64,000 nucleotides of DNA from Actinomycetes bacterium (GCA_031426395.1 JANPLG010000182.1:6984-70983); one strand, 5' to 3'. Positions 1 through 10,601 are shown, counted from the first letter of the stretch. Translations and numbers: made by a program. The notes: a model not told the origin generated them from the sequence alone.

Positions 1-38
1 TGATGCTCATCTCCGGACCTCACTTCCGGACCTGCTCT

Positions 39-1361
<1,323 letters not shown>

Positions 1362-1367
1362 CTCTGG

Positions 1368-1973
1368 TTACCCCGTCCCTGCTGCGCCAGATGCTGCGCC
1401 AGATGCTGCATGTGCCGCCTTCTGGGCGGATGGATGGGCCTTCTCCGGCGTGAAGACAGCGTTGTAAAGATTCTCTTCGACCACACCGCGCTCGTGCTTC
1501 GACTTCAGCTCATCGATGAGCTGGAGGGCTTCGTCCGGGGAGATCTTCATCTTTTCAATGAAGATCCCGTTCACCTGGACCGCCGGTGCGAGGTCGCAGC
1601 GGGCGCTGCACTCCACCGCTTTGAGGGTGAACAGCCCGTCCGTGCTGGTCTCACCGATGTGGATGCCGCACTTCTTCTCCAATGCATCCACCACCTGATG
1701 GGCACCTAAGAGCGCGCAGGAGACGTTCTGGCAGACCTCCACCAAGTACTTCCCGATGGGGGCCTTGTGGTACATCACGTAGAAGCTCATCATCGACTGA
1801 ACGTCGGCGGCTTCCATTCCCATGACCTCGGCAACGTCCTTCACCGCTTCCGGTGGAATCCAGCCGCCGCACTCTTCCTGGGCGATGTAGAGAGCGGACC
1901 CCAGCGCCGAACGGCTCACCGGGTATCGCGCCATCTGTTCTCGAATTGCGTCTCTAGCCTTGTCCGAAAGCAT
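1368..1973 (-). CDS. nuoE: NADH-quinone oxidoreductase subunit E (24-kDa subunit, 2Fe-2S thioredoxin-like)
   Basis: 201-aa ORF with the CxxxxC...CxxxC 2Fe-2S pattern typical of NuoE, immediately upstream of nuoF. The Ala/Gly-rich C-terminal tail is unusual. Confidence 0.9.
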   Translation of the reverse strand: MLSDKARDAIREQMARYPVSRSALGSALYIAQEECGGWIPPEAVKDVAEVMGMEAADVQSMMSFYVMYHKAPIGKYLVEVCQNVSCALLGAHQVVDALEKKCGIHIGETSTDGLFTLKAVECSARCDLAPAVQVNGIFIEKMKISPDEALQLIDELKSKHERGVVEENLYNAVFTPEKAHPSAQKAAHAASGAASGAAGTG

Positions 1974-1992
1974 GGGTTAGCTCTGTGGTTTC

Positions 1993-2123
1993 AACCGCCA
2001 AGACGCCAAGAGCGCCAAGGTTAAGAAGAAGAATCGATTGCCAGGAAGCGGTCTGCTGAATGCGGCACGTCTTGTTCCTGTCGCTCTTAAGATCCTCTTG
2101 GCGTCCTTGGCGCCCTGGCGGTT
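1993..2123. repeat. Long imperfect inverted repeat in the nuoD-nuoE spacer (arms about 1993-2020 and 2094-2123)
   Basis: Arm 1 AACCGCCAAGACGCCAAGAGCGCCAAGG and the reverse complement of arm 2 AACCGCCAGGGCGCCAAGGACGCCAAGAGG agree at most positions. They are about 75 nt apart inside a polycistronic operon. Confidence 0.5.
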
Positions 2124-2133
2124 AGTCTCAAAA

Positions 2134-3306
2134 TCAGCGGTCGATCTCGCCGAGGACGATGTCGAGGCTGCCGATGACGGCGACGGTGTCCGCGACCATT
2201 TCGCCCTGCACGATGTAGGGAAGCGCTTGAAGATTGTAGAAGCTCGGCGGCCGCACCCGCACCCGGTACGGCTTCTCGCTGCCGTCCGAAACCACGTAGA
2301 AGCCGAGCTCGCCCTTGGGGGATTCGATGCTGGCGTAGGCCTCGCCGGGCGGGACCGGGAAGCCGCGGGTCACCAGGATGAAGTGGTGGATCAGCGCTTC
2401 CATGTCCGTGAACACCCGTTCCTTGGGCGGCAGGACGATCTTTGGGTCGTCAGCGTTGAAGTCGCCTTCCGGCATCGTCTCCAGGCACTGCTCAATGAGG
2501 CGGAGGCTCTCCCGCATCTCCCCCATCCGCACGCGATAGGAGTCGAATACGTCCGAGTTCTCGCCGACCTGCACGTCAAAGGTGTAGTTCTCGTAGCCGC
2601 AGTACGGGTGGTCCTTGCGCAGGTCCATCGGCACGCCGGTGGCGCGGAGCCTGGGGCCGGTGACGCCGTAACGGAGGCAGTCCGCCGCGCTGATCACGCC
2701 GATACCGACGGTCCGTTCGCGCCAGATCGGGTTCTCGTCCAGGAGCGCCCAGTACTCGTCCAGGCGGTCCGGCAGGATGCCGAGGAACTTGGCGATCTTC
2801 TCTTCCGCGGTATCCGGCAGGTCCAGGGCCACCCCGCCGATGCGGATGTAGGAAGGCGTGAGGCGGGCGCCGGCGATCTCCTCAAAGAAGTTGAGGATCA
2901 TCTCCCGCTCGCGGAAGCAGTAGAAGAAAACGGACATCGCGCCGATGTCCATGGCGTGGGTGCCGAGCCAGAGCAGGTGACTCGCGATCCGCTGGATCTC
3001 GGACATCAGGATGCGGATGGTGTTGGCACGCGGAGGCAGCTTCAACCCGAGCAACTTCTCAACCGCCAGGCAGTACGCCAGGTTGTTGTTCATCGCGGAG
3101 AGATAGTCCATCCGGTCCGTGATGGTGATGGCCTGCTGGTACGGCTCGTTCTCCATCGACTTTTCCATGCCGGTGTGGAGATAGCCGATGTGCGGCACGC
3201 ACTTGATGACGGTCTCGCCATCCAGCTCAAGCACCAGCCGCAGCACCCCGTGGGTGGACGGGTGCTGAGGCCCCATATTGAGGGTGAGCGTTTCGGTAGA
3301 AGCCAT
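2134..3306 (-). CDS. nuoD: NADH-quinone oxidoreductase subunit D (49-kDa subunit)
   Basis: 390-aa ORF with NuoD-like sequence throughout (MGPQHPSTHGVLRL...), conserved operon position. Confidence 0.9.
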   Translation of the reverse strand: MASTETLTLNMGPQHPSTHGVLRLVLELDGETVIKCVPHIGYLHTGMEKSMENEPYQQAITITDRMDYLSAMNNNLAYCLAVEKLLGLKLPPRANTIRILMSEIQRIASHLLWLGTHAMDIGAMSVFFYCFREREMILNFFEEIAGARLTPSYIRIGGVALDLPDTAEEKIAKFLGILPDRLDEYWALLDENPIWRERTVGIGVISAADCLRYGVTGPRLRATGVPMDLRKDHPYCGYENYTFDVQVGENSDVFDSYRVRMGEMRESLRLIEQCLETMPEGDFNADDPKIVLPPKERVFTDMEALIHHFILVTRGFPVPPGEAYASIESPKGELGFYVVSDGSEKPYRVRVRPPSFYNLQALPYIVQGEMVADTVAVIGSLDIVLGEIDR

Positions 3307-3355
3307 TAGGAAAGTTGATGCGGCAGTTGCAGGAGTGGCTCTGGGTGCCAGCGCG

Positions 3356-3910
3356 CTAGAGGGCGTCTCGAACGTCGTTCAGGAGGATCACCGGCCGCTT
3401 GCCGACGATCGGGTAGTCCTTGCGGAGCGGATGTCCGTCCCAGTCATCGGGAAGCTCGATGCGCCGCAGGTCCGGGTGACCGTCGAAGCGGACGCCGAAG
3501 AGATCGTACACTTCCCGCTCGGCCCAGTCTGCGGAGACAAAGACGTCACTAGCGGTGGCCACGGTCTCGTTTTCCGCAAGCTGCACTTTGAGGAAGAGGC
3601 GCTGCTTGCGGCTGAGCGAGTAGAGATTGTAAATCATTGTGAAGCGCCGCTCTTCGTAGGGGCGGTCCACGCAGGTGAGGTCGGCGAGGTACGGATAATC
3701 GCTGTTCCGGTCGTCACGGAGTAGCTTCAGCACCGGCACCAGCGCCTTCGGCTTGAGGTAGAGCCAGTATTGCTCGCGCACCGCGTCTTCTTCGACGCGC
3801 AGGATGGCATCGGGAATCGCCTTGCGGATCCGGTCGATGTCTCCCAGAACGGGGTTCACCTTCGGAGCGGGGGCTTCGACAGCCGGCGTGGTTGCTTCGG
3901 TTTCCGACAT
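3356..3910 (-). CDS. nuoC: NADH-quinone oxidoreductase subunit C (30-kDa subunit)
   Basis: 184-aa ORF of NuoC size and sequence, between nuoB and nuoD. Confidence 0.85.
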   Translation of the reverse strand: MSETEATTPAVEAPAPKVNPVLGDIDRIRKAIPDAILRVEEDAVREQYWLYLKPKALVPVLKLLRDDRNSDYPYLADLTCVDRPYEERRFTMIYNLYSLSRKQRLFLKVQLAENETVATASDVFVSADWAEREVYDLFGVRFDGHPDLRRIELPDDWDGHPLRKDYPIVGKRPVILLNDVRDAL

Positions 3911-3954
3911 AAAGTAAAGGCTTTCGGCTTCCCATCGCGGGGAGCCGGCGCAGG

Positions 3955-4479
3955 CTAGGCGGCGACGCTGTTCTCGTCCAGAATGCGACCCTTGCGCTTG
4001 ATCTTCTTCTGAAGCTGCAGGATGCCGTAGATCAGGCTCTCGGGGCGCGGCGGGCAGCCGGGGATGTAGACGTCCACCGGCACGATCTCATCCACACCTT
4101 GCACGATGGCGTAGTTGTTGAAGATGCCATTGCCGGTGGAAGCGCAGGCACCCATGGCAATCACCCATTTCGGCTCAGGCATTTGGTCGTAGATCTGCTT
4201 CAGCACGGGGGCCATCTTCTGGCTCACCCGACCGGCGACGATCATCAAATCCGCCTGGCGCGGCGAGGCGCGGAACACTTCGGAGCCAAAGCGGGCCACG
4301 TCATAGCGGGAGGCACCGATGGCCATCATCTCAATGGCGCAGCACGCCAAGCCGAAGGTGAGCGGCCAGATGGAGTTGGCGCGCACCTGGCTCACCAGGT
4401 CGTCCAGGCGCGCCAGCAGGAACCCCTGCTGCCCGGCCTGCTGACCCAGCTTCCCGTTGACGACCGTTGTCACTCCCAT
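3955..4479 (-). CDS. nuoB: NADH-quinone oxidoreductase subunit B (20-kDa PSST subunit); start trimmed to the internal ATG (MGVTTVV...)
   Basis: The CCAIEMM...GCPP Fe-S motifs identify NuoB. The ORF's N-terminal 73 codons overlap nuoA and have unlikely composition. The trimmed start overlaps the nuoA stop by 10 nt. Confidence 0.85.
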   Translation of the reverse strand: MGVTTVVNGKLGQQAGQQGFLLARLDDLVSQVRANSIWPLTFGLACCAIEMMAIGASRYDVARFGSEVFRASPRQADLMIVAGRVSQKMAPVLKQIYDQMPEPKWVIAMGACASTGNGIFNNYAIVQGVDEIVPVDVYIPGCPPRPESLIYGILQLQKKIKRKGRILDENSVAA

Positions 4480-4853
4480 TCGAATGCTCCCCGCTTCCAG
4501 ATGTACACGTAACCCACCACCAGGATGGCAACGAAGATCGCCATCTCGATCAGCCCGAAGATGCCCAGCCACCGGTGGACGGTCGCCCACGGGTAGAGGA
4601 AGATCGCTTCGATGTCGAAGAGAATGAACAGCATCGCGACCAGGTAGAACTTGATGCTGAACCGCGCGCGCGCCTCTCCCGTGGGCGTGATGCCGCACTC
4701 GTAAGGCTGCGTCTTCACCCGATCCGGCTTGCCGAGGCGAAAAAACTTGCTGATGATCTGCGGCAGGATGGCCATCACGGTGGCCAGGCCGACGGAGACC
4801 GCGATCAGGATGCCGGCAAAGAGGTATTGGCTGGAGTCGCTGGGCGGTGGCAT
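4470..4853 (-). CDS. nuoA: NADH-quinone oxidoreductase subunit A (membrane subunit)
   Basis: 127-aa ORF with three TM helices and the conserved PYECG motif, first gene of the operon. Confidence 0.85.
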   Translation of the reverse strand: MPPPSDSSQYLFAGILIAVSVGLATVMAILPQIISKFFRLGKPDRVKTQPYECGITPTGEARARFSIKFYLVAMLFILFDIEAIFLYPWATVHRWLGIFGLIEMAIFVAILVVGYVYIWKRGAFEWE

Positions 4854-5028
4854 GGTTTCGGGTCGCGAGGGCTGCCCGTCCTTACGGCTGCGAGCACCTT
4901 CGTCTCTCTACGTGAATTTTATCACAAGGAGCCGCCAGAAGTTTCAGCCGGACGGTCTCATTCATCTCGGGGCTAGGATCGCTGCGCGCGGACCTCCCGA
5001 GGCCGTGGAAGCATATCTCCGCCGGGTG

Positions 5029-5146
5029 CGGGTTTCCGGTTCCTTGTTTCAGGTTCCCGGTTCCCGGTTTCAGGTTTCCTGTTCCCTGTTTCCTGTTCCC
5101 GGTTTCAGGTTCCCTGTTCCCTGTTCCCGGTTTCCTGTTTCCCGTT
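5029..5146. repeat. Tandem heptamer array (KGTTYCM), about 16 units
   Basis: Direct read: ggtttcc ggttcct tgtttca ggttccc ggttccc ggtttca ... It lies about 180 bp upstream of nuoA on the minus strand. Confidence 0.8.
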
Positions 5147-5390
5147 AGGTGTGAGGCGGTGACGGTTGCGGGTTTGCAGGAGCGGTGCTTGGGGTGATGG
5201 CGGACCTAGCGGTGACTGGTTGCCAGAGTGTGGGGTGGTCGGCATTCTCGGAAAAACATACCGGGGGGGGCACCACCACCACCTCTGGGGCGAGGGAGCG
5301 ACACGGCGAAGGGGCGACGGAGTTGCCTGGGTCTCGGAGTGGTGTACGGATGTGCGGGGAGGTGCGGCCGGTCGGTTCTCGGTCAGGGTT

Positions 5391-5815
5391 CCGGGTAACG
5401 CGCTGGATTGGCGTGTTGCGCCCCAGGACGATGCCCTGGGCTACCTCATTGCGCCCCTTCAGGGCTGGGGAGGTTACCGTCCGCGTTCCCAGGGCGATGC
5501 CCTGGGCTGGGGTATTGCGCCCCGTTGGGGCTGGTGGTGTGGGACGCTGGGTGAAGCCGTAGAGCGTGGGGGCACTGGAGTGACGGGGTTGCCTGGTTCC
5601 GAAGTGGTATACGGCTGTCCAGTGGGGTGTTGCGGGACGGTTCGCGGCCGCCGGAATCCAACTGATGCGCTGGATTGGCGTGTTGCGACCCAGGGCGGTG
5701 CTCTGGGCTACCTTATTGCGCCCCTTCAGGGCTGGGGAGGTTGCCGTCCGCGTTCCCAGGGCGGTGCCCTGGGCTGGCGTATTGCGCCCCGTTGGGGCTG
5801 GTTGCCAGGGTCGGG
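5391..5815. repeat. REP-like repeat cluster: two copies of a ~145-bp unit, each with two GC-rich hairpins (CCCAGGGCGRTGCCCTGGG)
   Basis: Hairpins at 5422-5440, 5488-5506, 5697-5715 and 5756-5774. The nested sub-repeat ATTGCGCCCC(N)GGGGCTGG recurs. The cluster sits in a ~1.5-kb noncoding gap (4854-6408) that also holds G-tracts at 5263-5270 and 5908-5921. Confidence 0.7.
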
Positions 5816-6408
5816 GAACTGAACGGTGAGGCGTGGGGGCGGTGGTTGGTGGCTGTTGTGCGAGTGCGGCCACACTATTACCGAGGCGCTCAGATCGGGA
5901 ATTGAATGGGGGGAGGGGGGGTCCTTCTCCTTGGGGTGCCGGTGAGCCAGGTGGCGGACGGCGTGGCGGGGAGCGGTGCTGCGGAGTGGTGGTGCGGCGA
6001 CATTCCTCTTCTCCAGCGGTTGCGTGGGGATGATTTCCCTGAACGCTAAGTGGCTGGGAGAGGGGTGCTGTCCGACGGGGATTGCGGGCGCCCGTGTCCG
6101 CTTTCGTAATCGTCGTCACCTCATTCTCGGACTGCGGGGCGGCCGTCCCGGGCGTGGAAACCGTCTCCTTCGGGGGTCCAGTCGTACCTGGCCTGGGCGT
6201 AGGTCTCGCTCCGTCAGGTGGCTGACGGCCGATGGGGTCGCTGTCCCGGTGCGGGACGGGCGTGCCTGGACCCCCGCGAAGTACGGGCACCTTCGCAGTA
6301 AGATTGCCAGGCGAGGGTGACGGAGTCTCCGAGGGTGGAACGCTGCTCCTTCTTACCACGACCTCTTCAATTACTTTCAGCGGTCGCACCCCGAGCAGTA
6401 CCTGATCC

Positions 6409-8694
6409 TTGCCCCATCCCCCGGGCCAAGGCCGTGGTAAGCTTGAGGGTCCCTACGCGCTTGAGCTGGGGCGGTCGATTCCAGCAAGGCCCATAGCCGT
6501 GTCCCTGCCTGATTGGTACGAAAACGCGCTCGTTCTCCTCCACCTGGAGCACAACTACTCCCCTTCCGACCAGCCGTCGGCGCTGGGTGGGCTGGATATG
6601 GAGGAGATGCGCGAGGTCCTGGACCGCGTGCGTCCTGAGGTGATCGAGGTGACCGCGAAGGGCGCGGCTGGCTACGTCCCCTACCTCTCGCGCTACGGCA
6701 ACTGCCTGCCGCTGGTGGCCGACGCGGGCGCGCAGGACGTGCTGGCCCTCTGGCGGGAGCTGACCTCGCACCAGCACATCCGCTTTGTCCTGGGCTACAG
6801 CGGTCTGATCGACCACCGCGCCGCCTCGGAGCGGCCGGAGTGGCGGCGGCTCTCGATGCGGCACGACCCCTACCCCAACCGGGCGCTCTGCCCCAACAGC
6901 GGCTACGTGGATGAGCTGATGCTGCCGCAGTTGGAAGAGCTGGTTGAGTACTACCAGCCGGACGGCATCTGGCTGGATAACGACAACTGGACCGTCAGCC
7001 CCTGCCACTGCTCCGTCTGCGAGAGCGAGTACCAGATGCTGCACGGCCGGATGCCGCCGGACAACGCGCGGGACCCGTTCTGGCCGGAGTGGCTCCAGTT
7101 CCACCACGATAGCTTCGACCGCCACCTCAACCGCGTGGCCCGCTACCTGGAGAGCCGCCAGCCAGAGTTGATACTGACCTCCAACGGGACCGGGGCGCTG
7201 CATCATCCCGGCGCGGTGCCGATCAGCATCCGCCGCCTGACGCGCGATCTCTCCCCCGCCTATTCCCTCAAGCAGGCTGGCCTAGAAGCGCGGTTCCTCG
7301 ATGGCCGGGGCGTCCCGTTCGACTTGGGCACCTGGGTTACGTGCAGCGCGCGCCCTTTCCCGCAGGGTAAGACACCGGCCCTCCCCACTTATCCCAAGAC
7401 GGCCGCGCACCTGGAGCAGGAAGCAGGGGCGATCCTCGCCAGCGGGGGGCGCGTAACGCTCTGGCTGGAGCCGCGCCCGGATGATTCGCTCCCCCAGGCC
7501 GAGCTGGAGGTGGCCGAGGAAGCTGCCGCGTGGATTCGCGAGCGGGGGGAGTGGTCGACACGCACCACCAGTGCCGCCTACGTGGCCATCCTTCACAGCG
7601 AGGAGACGCACAGGAAGGCCGGCAATGGTCTCTACGATCCGGGGCCTTCGCTCGACCGTATTCGGGGCGCGCACCAGGCGCTAACGGAGCTGCGCCATCC
7701 GCACGACATCGTCAACGAGGCGGGGCTGCTGGCCCGGCTGGCGGAGTACCAACTGGTGGTGCTACCGGAGCAGGTCGCGCTCTCCCCTCGGGTGGAGGAT
7801 GCGCTGCGTGAGTGGGTCCGTTCCGGCGGCAAGCTGCTCGCTTCCGGTCGGGTGGCACCTCGACTCATCGAGGACCTGCCGACCTTCGCGCTGGAAGAGG
7901 TGCTGGGCATTCGCTGGACCGGTCGCCAGGAGCCGCAGAGCTGGACGGTGCTGAACGGCAAGCCGCTAAAGATCGGCGCGCCCTCCTACTCGGTCGCGCT
8001 CATCGGAGCGGAGATGCTGGCAGCTAATCTCGATCCGCAGCGACCCACCGCCGGCCGGGAGATGGCACTTCCCGCCGCCACGCGCTACGCCTACGGTGAG
8101 GGAGAAGGCTATTACCTCGCAAGCGACTTCTTCGCCGCCTACCACCGCCACCAATACCCCGGACTGCGCGACTTCCTCGGCATGATCCTGGAGAAAGCGC
8201 TCCCGCTGCCGCTGCTGCTCACCAATGCGCCGCCGAACATCGAGGTGACCGCGCGGCACGGCGAGGGATTCCTGGCGCTCCACTTCCTCAATCACGACCC
8301 GGGTAAGAGCCTCGGGCAGAACAGCGCGTTCATCGAGCGCGTGCCGCCGAATGAGCCGTTCACCGTCACCCTCACCATCTCGCTGCGCCCAGAGCTGGTG
8401 CGGCTGGAGCCGGGGGCACGGATTGTGGAGTGGACCTGGAACGCGGAGACGATGACGGCCTTCATCCCGCCCTTCGATGTCCACTCCGTTCTGGTGCTAA
8501 CCCTGCCGCCCGTGGTTGCCCCTGCAGAACCGACCGTCGATGCCCCTGCAGAACCGATCGTCGATGCCCCTGCAGAATCGACCGTCGAACATGTAACTGC
8601 CGACCAGGACGCTCCCGTCCCTGAGGATTCCCAGGTGCCGCTGACCGCTCTCCCAAACGAGGGGGAGGATCCGGCCGCACCTCCTCCCGCGTGA
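6409..8694 (+). CDS. Glycoside-hydrolase-like protein: GH29/GHL-type TIM-barrel N-domain plus a GATase1-like (GH42 trimerisation-like) middle domain; family uncertain, start uncertain
   Basis: YYQPDGIWLDNDNW resembles fucosidase/GHL catalytic motifs. AILHSEE...VLPEQVALS...GGKLLASG resembles the GH42 middle domain. The C-terminal linker has 3 x 24-bp tandem repeats (8521-8592, PAEPTVDA). Confidence 0.55.
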   Translation: MPHPPGQGRGKLEGPYALELGRSIPARPIAVSLPDWYENALVLLHLEHNYSPSDQPSALGGLDMEEMREVLDRVRPEVIEVTAKGAAGYVPYLSRYGNCLPLVADAGAQDVLALWRELTSHQHIRFVLGYSGLIDHRAASERPEWRRLSMRHDPYPNRALCPNSGYVDELMLPQLEELVEYYQPDGIWLDNDNWTVSPCHCSVCESEYQMLHGRMPPDNARDPFWPEWLQFHHDSFDRHLNRVARYLESRQPELILTSNGTGALHHPGAVPISIRRLTRDLSPAYSLKQAGLEARFLDGRGVPFDLGTWVTCSARPFPQGKTPALPTYPKTAAHLEQEAGAILASGGRVTLWLEPRPDDSLPQAELEVAEEAAAWIRERGEWSTRTTSAAYVAILHSEETHRKAGNGLYDPGPSLDRIRGAHQALTELRHPHDIVNEAGLLARLAEYQLVVLPEQVALSPRVEDALREWVRSGGKLLASGRVAPRLIEDLPTFALEEVLGIRWTGRQEPQSWTVLNGKPLKIGAPSYSVALIGAEMLAANLDPQRPTAGREMALPAATRYAYGEGEGYYLASDFFAAYHRHQYPGLRDFLGMILEKALPLPLLLTNAPPNIEVTARHGEGFLALHFLNHDPGKSLGQNSAFIERVPPNEPFTVTLTISLRPELVRLEPGARIVEWTWNAETMTAFIPPFDVHSVLVLTLPPVVAPAEPTVDAPAEPIVDAPAESTVEHVTADQDAPVPEDSQVPLTALPNEGEDPAAPPPA

Positions 8695-8713
8695 GTTGAC
8701 CTGAGCCGCTCCC

Positions 8714-9643
8714 ATGCCCGAGCTACCCGATATCGAGCTGTACCTTCACGCGCTTGAGTCCCGGGTGGTCGGGCAGGCGCTGCGGGAGGTGCGGCCAGGC
8801 AACCCGTTCCTGCTGCGGACGGTCGACCCGCCCCTGCGCGAGGTCGCGGACCGCGTGGTAGTCGCAGTTAGCCGGATTGGGAAGCGGATCGTTATTGAGC
8901 TACAGGGGGAGCTACAAGGCGAGGTCTTCCTGGTCATCCACTTGATGATCGCGGGGCGTTTTCAGTGGAAAGTGGTCGGCGCCAAGCTCGGCAAGCCGCT
9001 CTGCACCTTTGTCTTTGACACAGGTACGCTCGTGCTCACGGAAGCGGGCTCCAAGCGGCGGGCCTCCCTGCATCTGGTGCGTGGACGCGCCGCGCTGGCG
9101 GCCTTCGACCGTGGCGGGCTGGAGGTACTGGACGCATCGCCCGAAGAGTTCGCTGCGGCACTTCGGCGCGAGAACCACACGCTGAAGCGGACGCTCACCG
9201 ATCCGCGGCTCTTCTCCGGCATCGGCAACGCCTACTCGGATGAGATCCTGCACCGCGCCCGGCTCTCGCCCTTCCTTCAGACGAAGCACCTGGACGAAGT
9301 GCGGACGGCGTGCCTCTACGCCGCCACGCGGGGCGTGCTGCGCGAATGGACCGAGCGCCTTCGCGGGGAGGTCGGCGACGGCTGGCCGGTTAAGGTGACC
9401 GCCTTCCGCCCGGAGATGGCGGTCCATGGCCGCTACGCCCAGCCCTGCCCCGTGTGCGGTAGCCCCGTGCAGCGGATTGTCTACGCGGAGAACGAGTGCA
9501 ACTACTGCGCCACCTGTCAGACCGGTGGCCGCGTCCTCGCCGACCGCGCCCTCTCCCGGCTGCTGGGAGAGGACTGGCCGCGTAACCTGGAGGAGCTGGA
9601 GGAACGGGGTATCCTGCCCCGGAAGGCGGCGGAGCGCGGTTGA
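8714..9643 (+). CDS. Fpg/Nei-family DNA glycosylase/AP lyase (formamidopyrimidine-DNA glycosylase or endonuclease VIII)
   Basis: N-terminal MPELPDIE with catalytic Pro2/Glu3, H2TH region and a C-terminal CxxC...CxxC zinc finger (CPVCGSP...CNYCATCQ). Confidence 0.8.
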   Translation: MPELPDIELYLHALESRVVGQALREVRPGNPFLLRTVDPPLREVADRVVVAVSRIGKRIVIELQGELQGEVFLVIHLMIAGRFQWKVVGAKLGKPLCTFVFDTGTLVLTEAGSKRRASLHLVRGRAALAAFDRGGLEVLDASPEEFAAALRRENHTLKRTLTDPRLFSGIGNAYSDEILHRARLSPFLQTKHLDEVRTACLYAATRGVLREWTERLRGEVGDGWPVKVTAFRPEMAVHGRYAQPCPVCGSPVQRIVYAENECNYCATCQTGGRVLADRALSRLLGEDWPRNLEELEERGILPRKAAERG

Positions 9644-9720
9644 CCGGACTGGTCAGGCTGCGATGGAGAGCTTGAGAGATAGAGGGATGGAGAGACCCTG
9701 ACGTTGCCGTTCCCCACACC

Positions 9721-9769
9721 GCATTCCGCATTCCGCATTCCGCATTCCGCATTCCGCATTCCGCATTCG
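9721..9769. repeat. Tandem heptamer array (GCATTCC) x7 between convergent genes
   Basis: Seven perfect GCATTCC units, 78 nt after the fpg stop and 10 nt before the hemQ stop. A degenerate copy sits at 60969-61010. Confidence 0.85.
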
Positions 9770-9779
9770 ATGGTCTGGT

Positions 9780-10529
9780 CTACAGGTGCGCGTCCAGCTC
9801 TTCCGGCTTGACGCGGTAGCCCAGGAGGAACTGGCCGAACTCCGCGTAGACCGCGCTCACTTCGTCGAAGCGCATCTCGTAGACCAGCTTCTTGAACTGG
9901 ATCAGGTCGTCCGAGAAGAGGGTGACGCCCCATTCCCAGTCGTCCAGGCCCACGGAGCCGCCGATCATCTGCTGCACGATGCCGAAGTATTTGTGCCCGA
10001 TGGTGCCGTGGCTCTTCATCTGCCGGCGGCGCTCCTCCATCGGCAGCATGTACCAGTTCTTGTCCTCGCCCCGCTTCTTGTTCATCGGGTAGAAGACCAT
10101 GTAGCGCTTGTCCGGCACCACGAACTTGAGGCGCGCGCGGACGAACGGCGCGTCCATGGGGTTCTCGATCACACCCCGGCTGCGAATCTCGTAGAGGCTG
10201 AGCTCCGTGGCGGCGATGTAGGAGTAGGTCTCCGTGGTGTAGTCCGCCAGCCGCGTCCGGGCGAAGGCCCGTTCCAGCGCGCTGATCTCCTCCAGCGTGG
10301 GGCGCAGGTGGAGGAACATCAGGTCGGCCTTGTGCCCGATGATGCTGTAGAGGGCGCTCGACCCCTCGGGCGCGTCCGCGTGAGCTTCCGAAGCGCGAAG
10401 GAACTCCACGGCTTCGGACACGACTTCGGCGCGGTCAGCGGTGGAGAGCGCCTTCCAGCGGGGCCAGTCCAGCCGGCGGAACGTGTGGAGTGTGTACCAC
10501 CCTTCAAGCGTTTCAGGTACTTCCTGCAT
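9780..10529 (-). CDS. hemQ: Chlorite dismutase-family protein (HemQ/ChdC coproheme decarboxylase-like)
   Basis: 249 aa with family-typical blocks (WYTLHTFR, IGHK...MFLHL...), size typical of HemQ. Confidence 0.8.
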   Translation of the reverse strand: MQEVPETLEGWYTLHTFRRLDWPRWKALSTADRAEVVSEAVEFLRASEAHADAPEGSSALYSIIGHKADLMFLHLRPTLEEISALERAFARTRLADYTTETYSYIAATELSLYEIRSRGVIENPMDAPFVRARLKFVVPDKRYMVFYPMNKKRGEDKNWYMLPMEERRRQMKSHGTIGHKYFGIVQQMIGGSVGLDDWEWGVTLFSDDLIQFKKLVYEMRFDEVSAVYAEFGQFLLGYRVKPEELDAHL

Positions 10530-10577
10530 TCACAACTCTCCTCATCTCGGCACTCGCCCCTTCAGGCTCCTACTCGT

Positions 10578-10601
10578 AATCCTAATCCTAATCCTAATCC
10601 T
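10578..10601. repeat. Tandem hexamer (TAATCC) x4 in the divergent hemQ/amidohydrolase promoter region
   Basis: Direct read: taatcctaatcctaatcctaatcc. Confidence 0.7.

Noticed and set aside
2038-3309. 423-aa plus-strand ORF over nuoD, and similar antisense ORFs over nuoF, rnj, yeaH, hemQ, the GH gene and spoVR (for example 528-1709, 35340-36692, 16139-17293, 9786-10694, 6367-7206, 17297-18034, 18875-19840)
   Set aside because: All lie opposite genes with strong family-level identity and have Arg/Gly/His-rich composition typical of high-GC antisense frames.
5145-6389. 414-aa Pro/Thr/Ala-rich ORF on the minus strand
   Set aside because: It is the translation of REP-like hairpin repeats and direct repeats (two ~145-bp units), with low-complexity composition and no start context. 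It is treated as noncoding repeat DNA.
9717-9770. Possible CRISPR array (regular short repeats here and at 5029-5146, 29429-29463)
   Set aside because: The period is 7-12 bp with no unique spacers and no cas genes. These are simple tandem arrays, not CRISPR.
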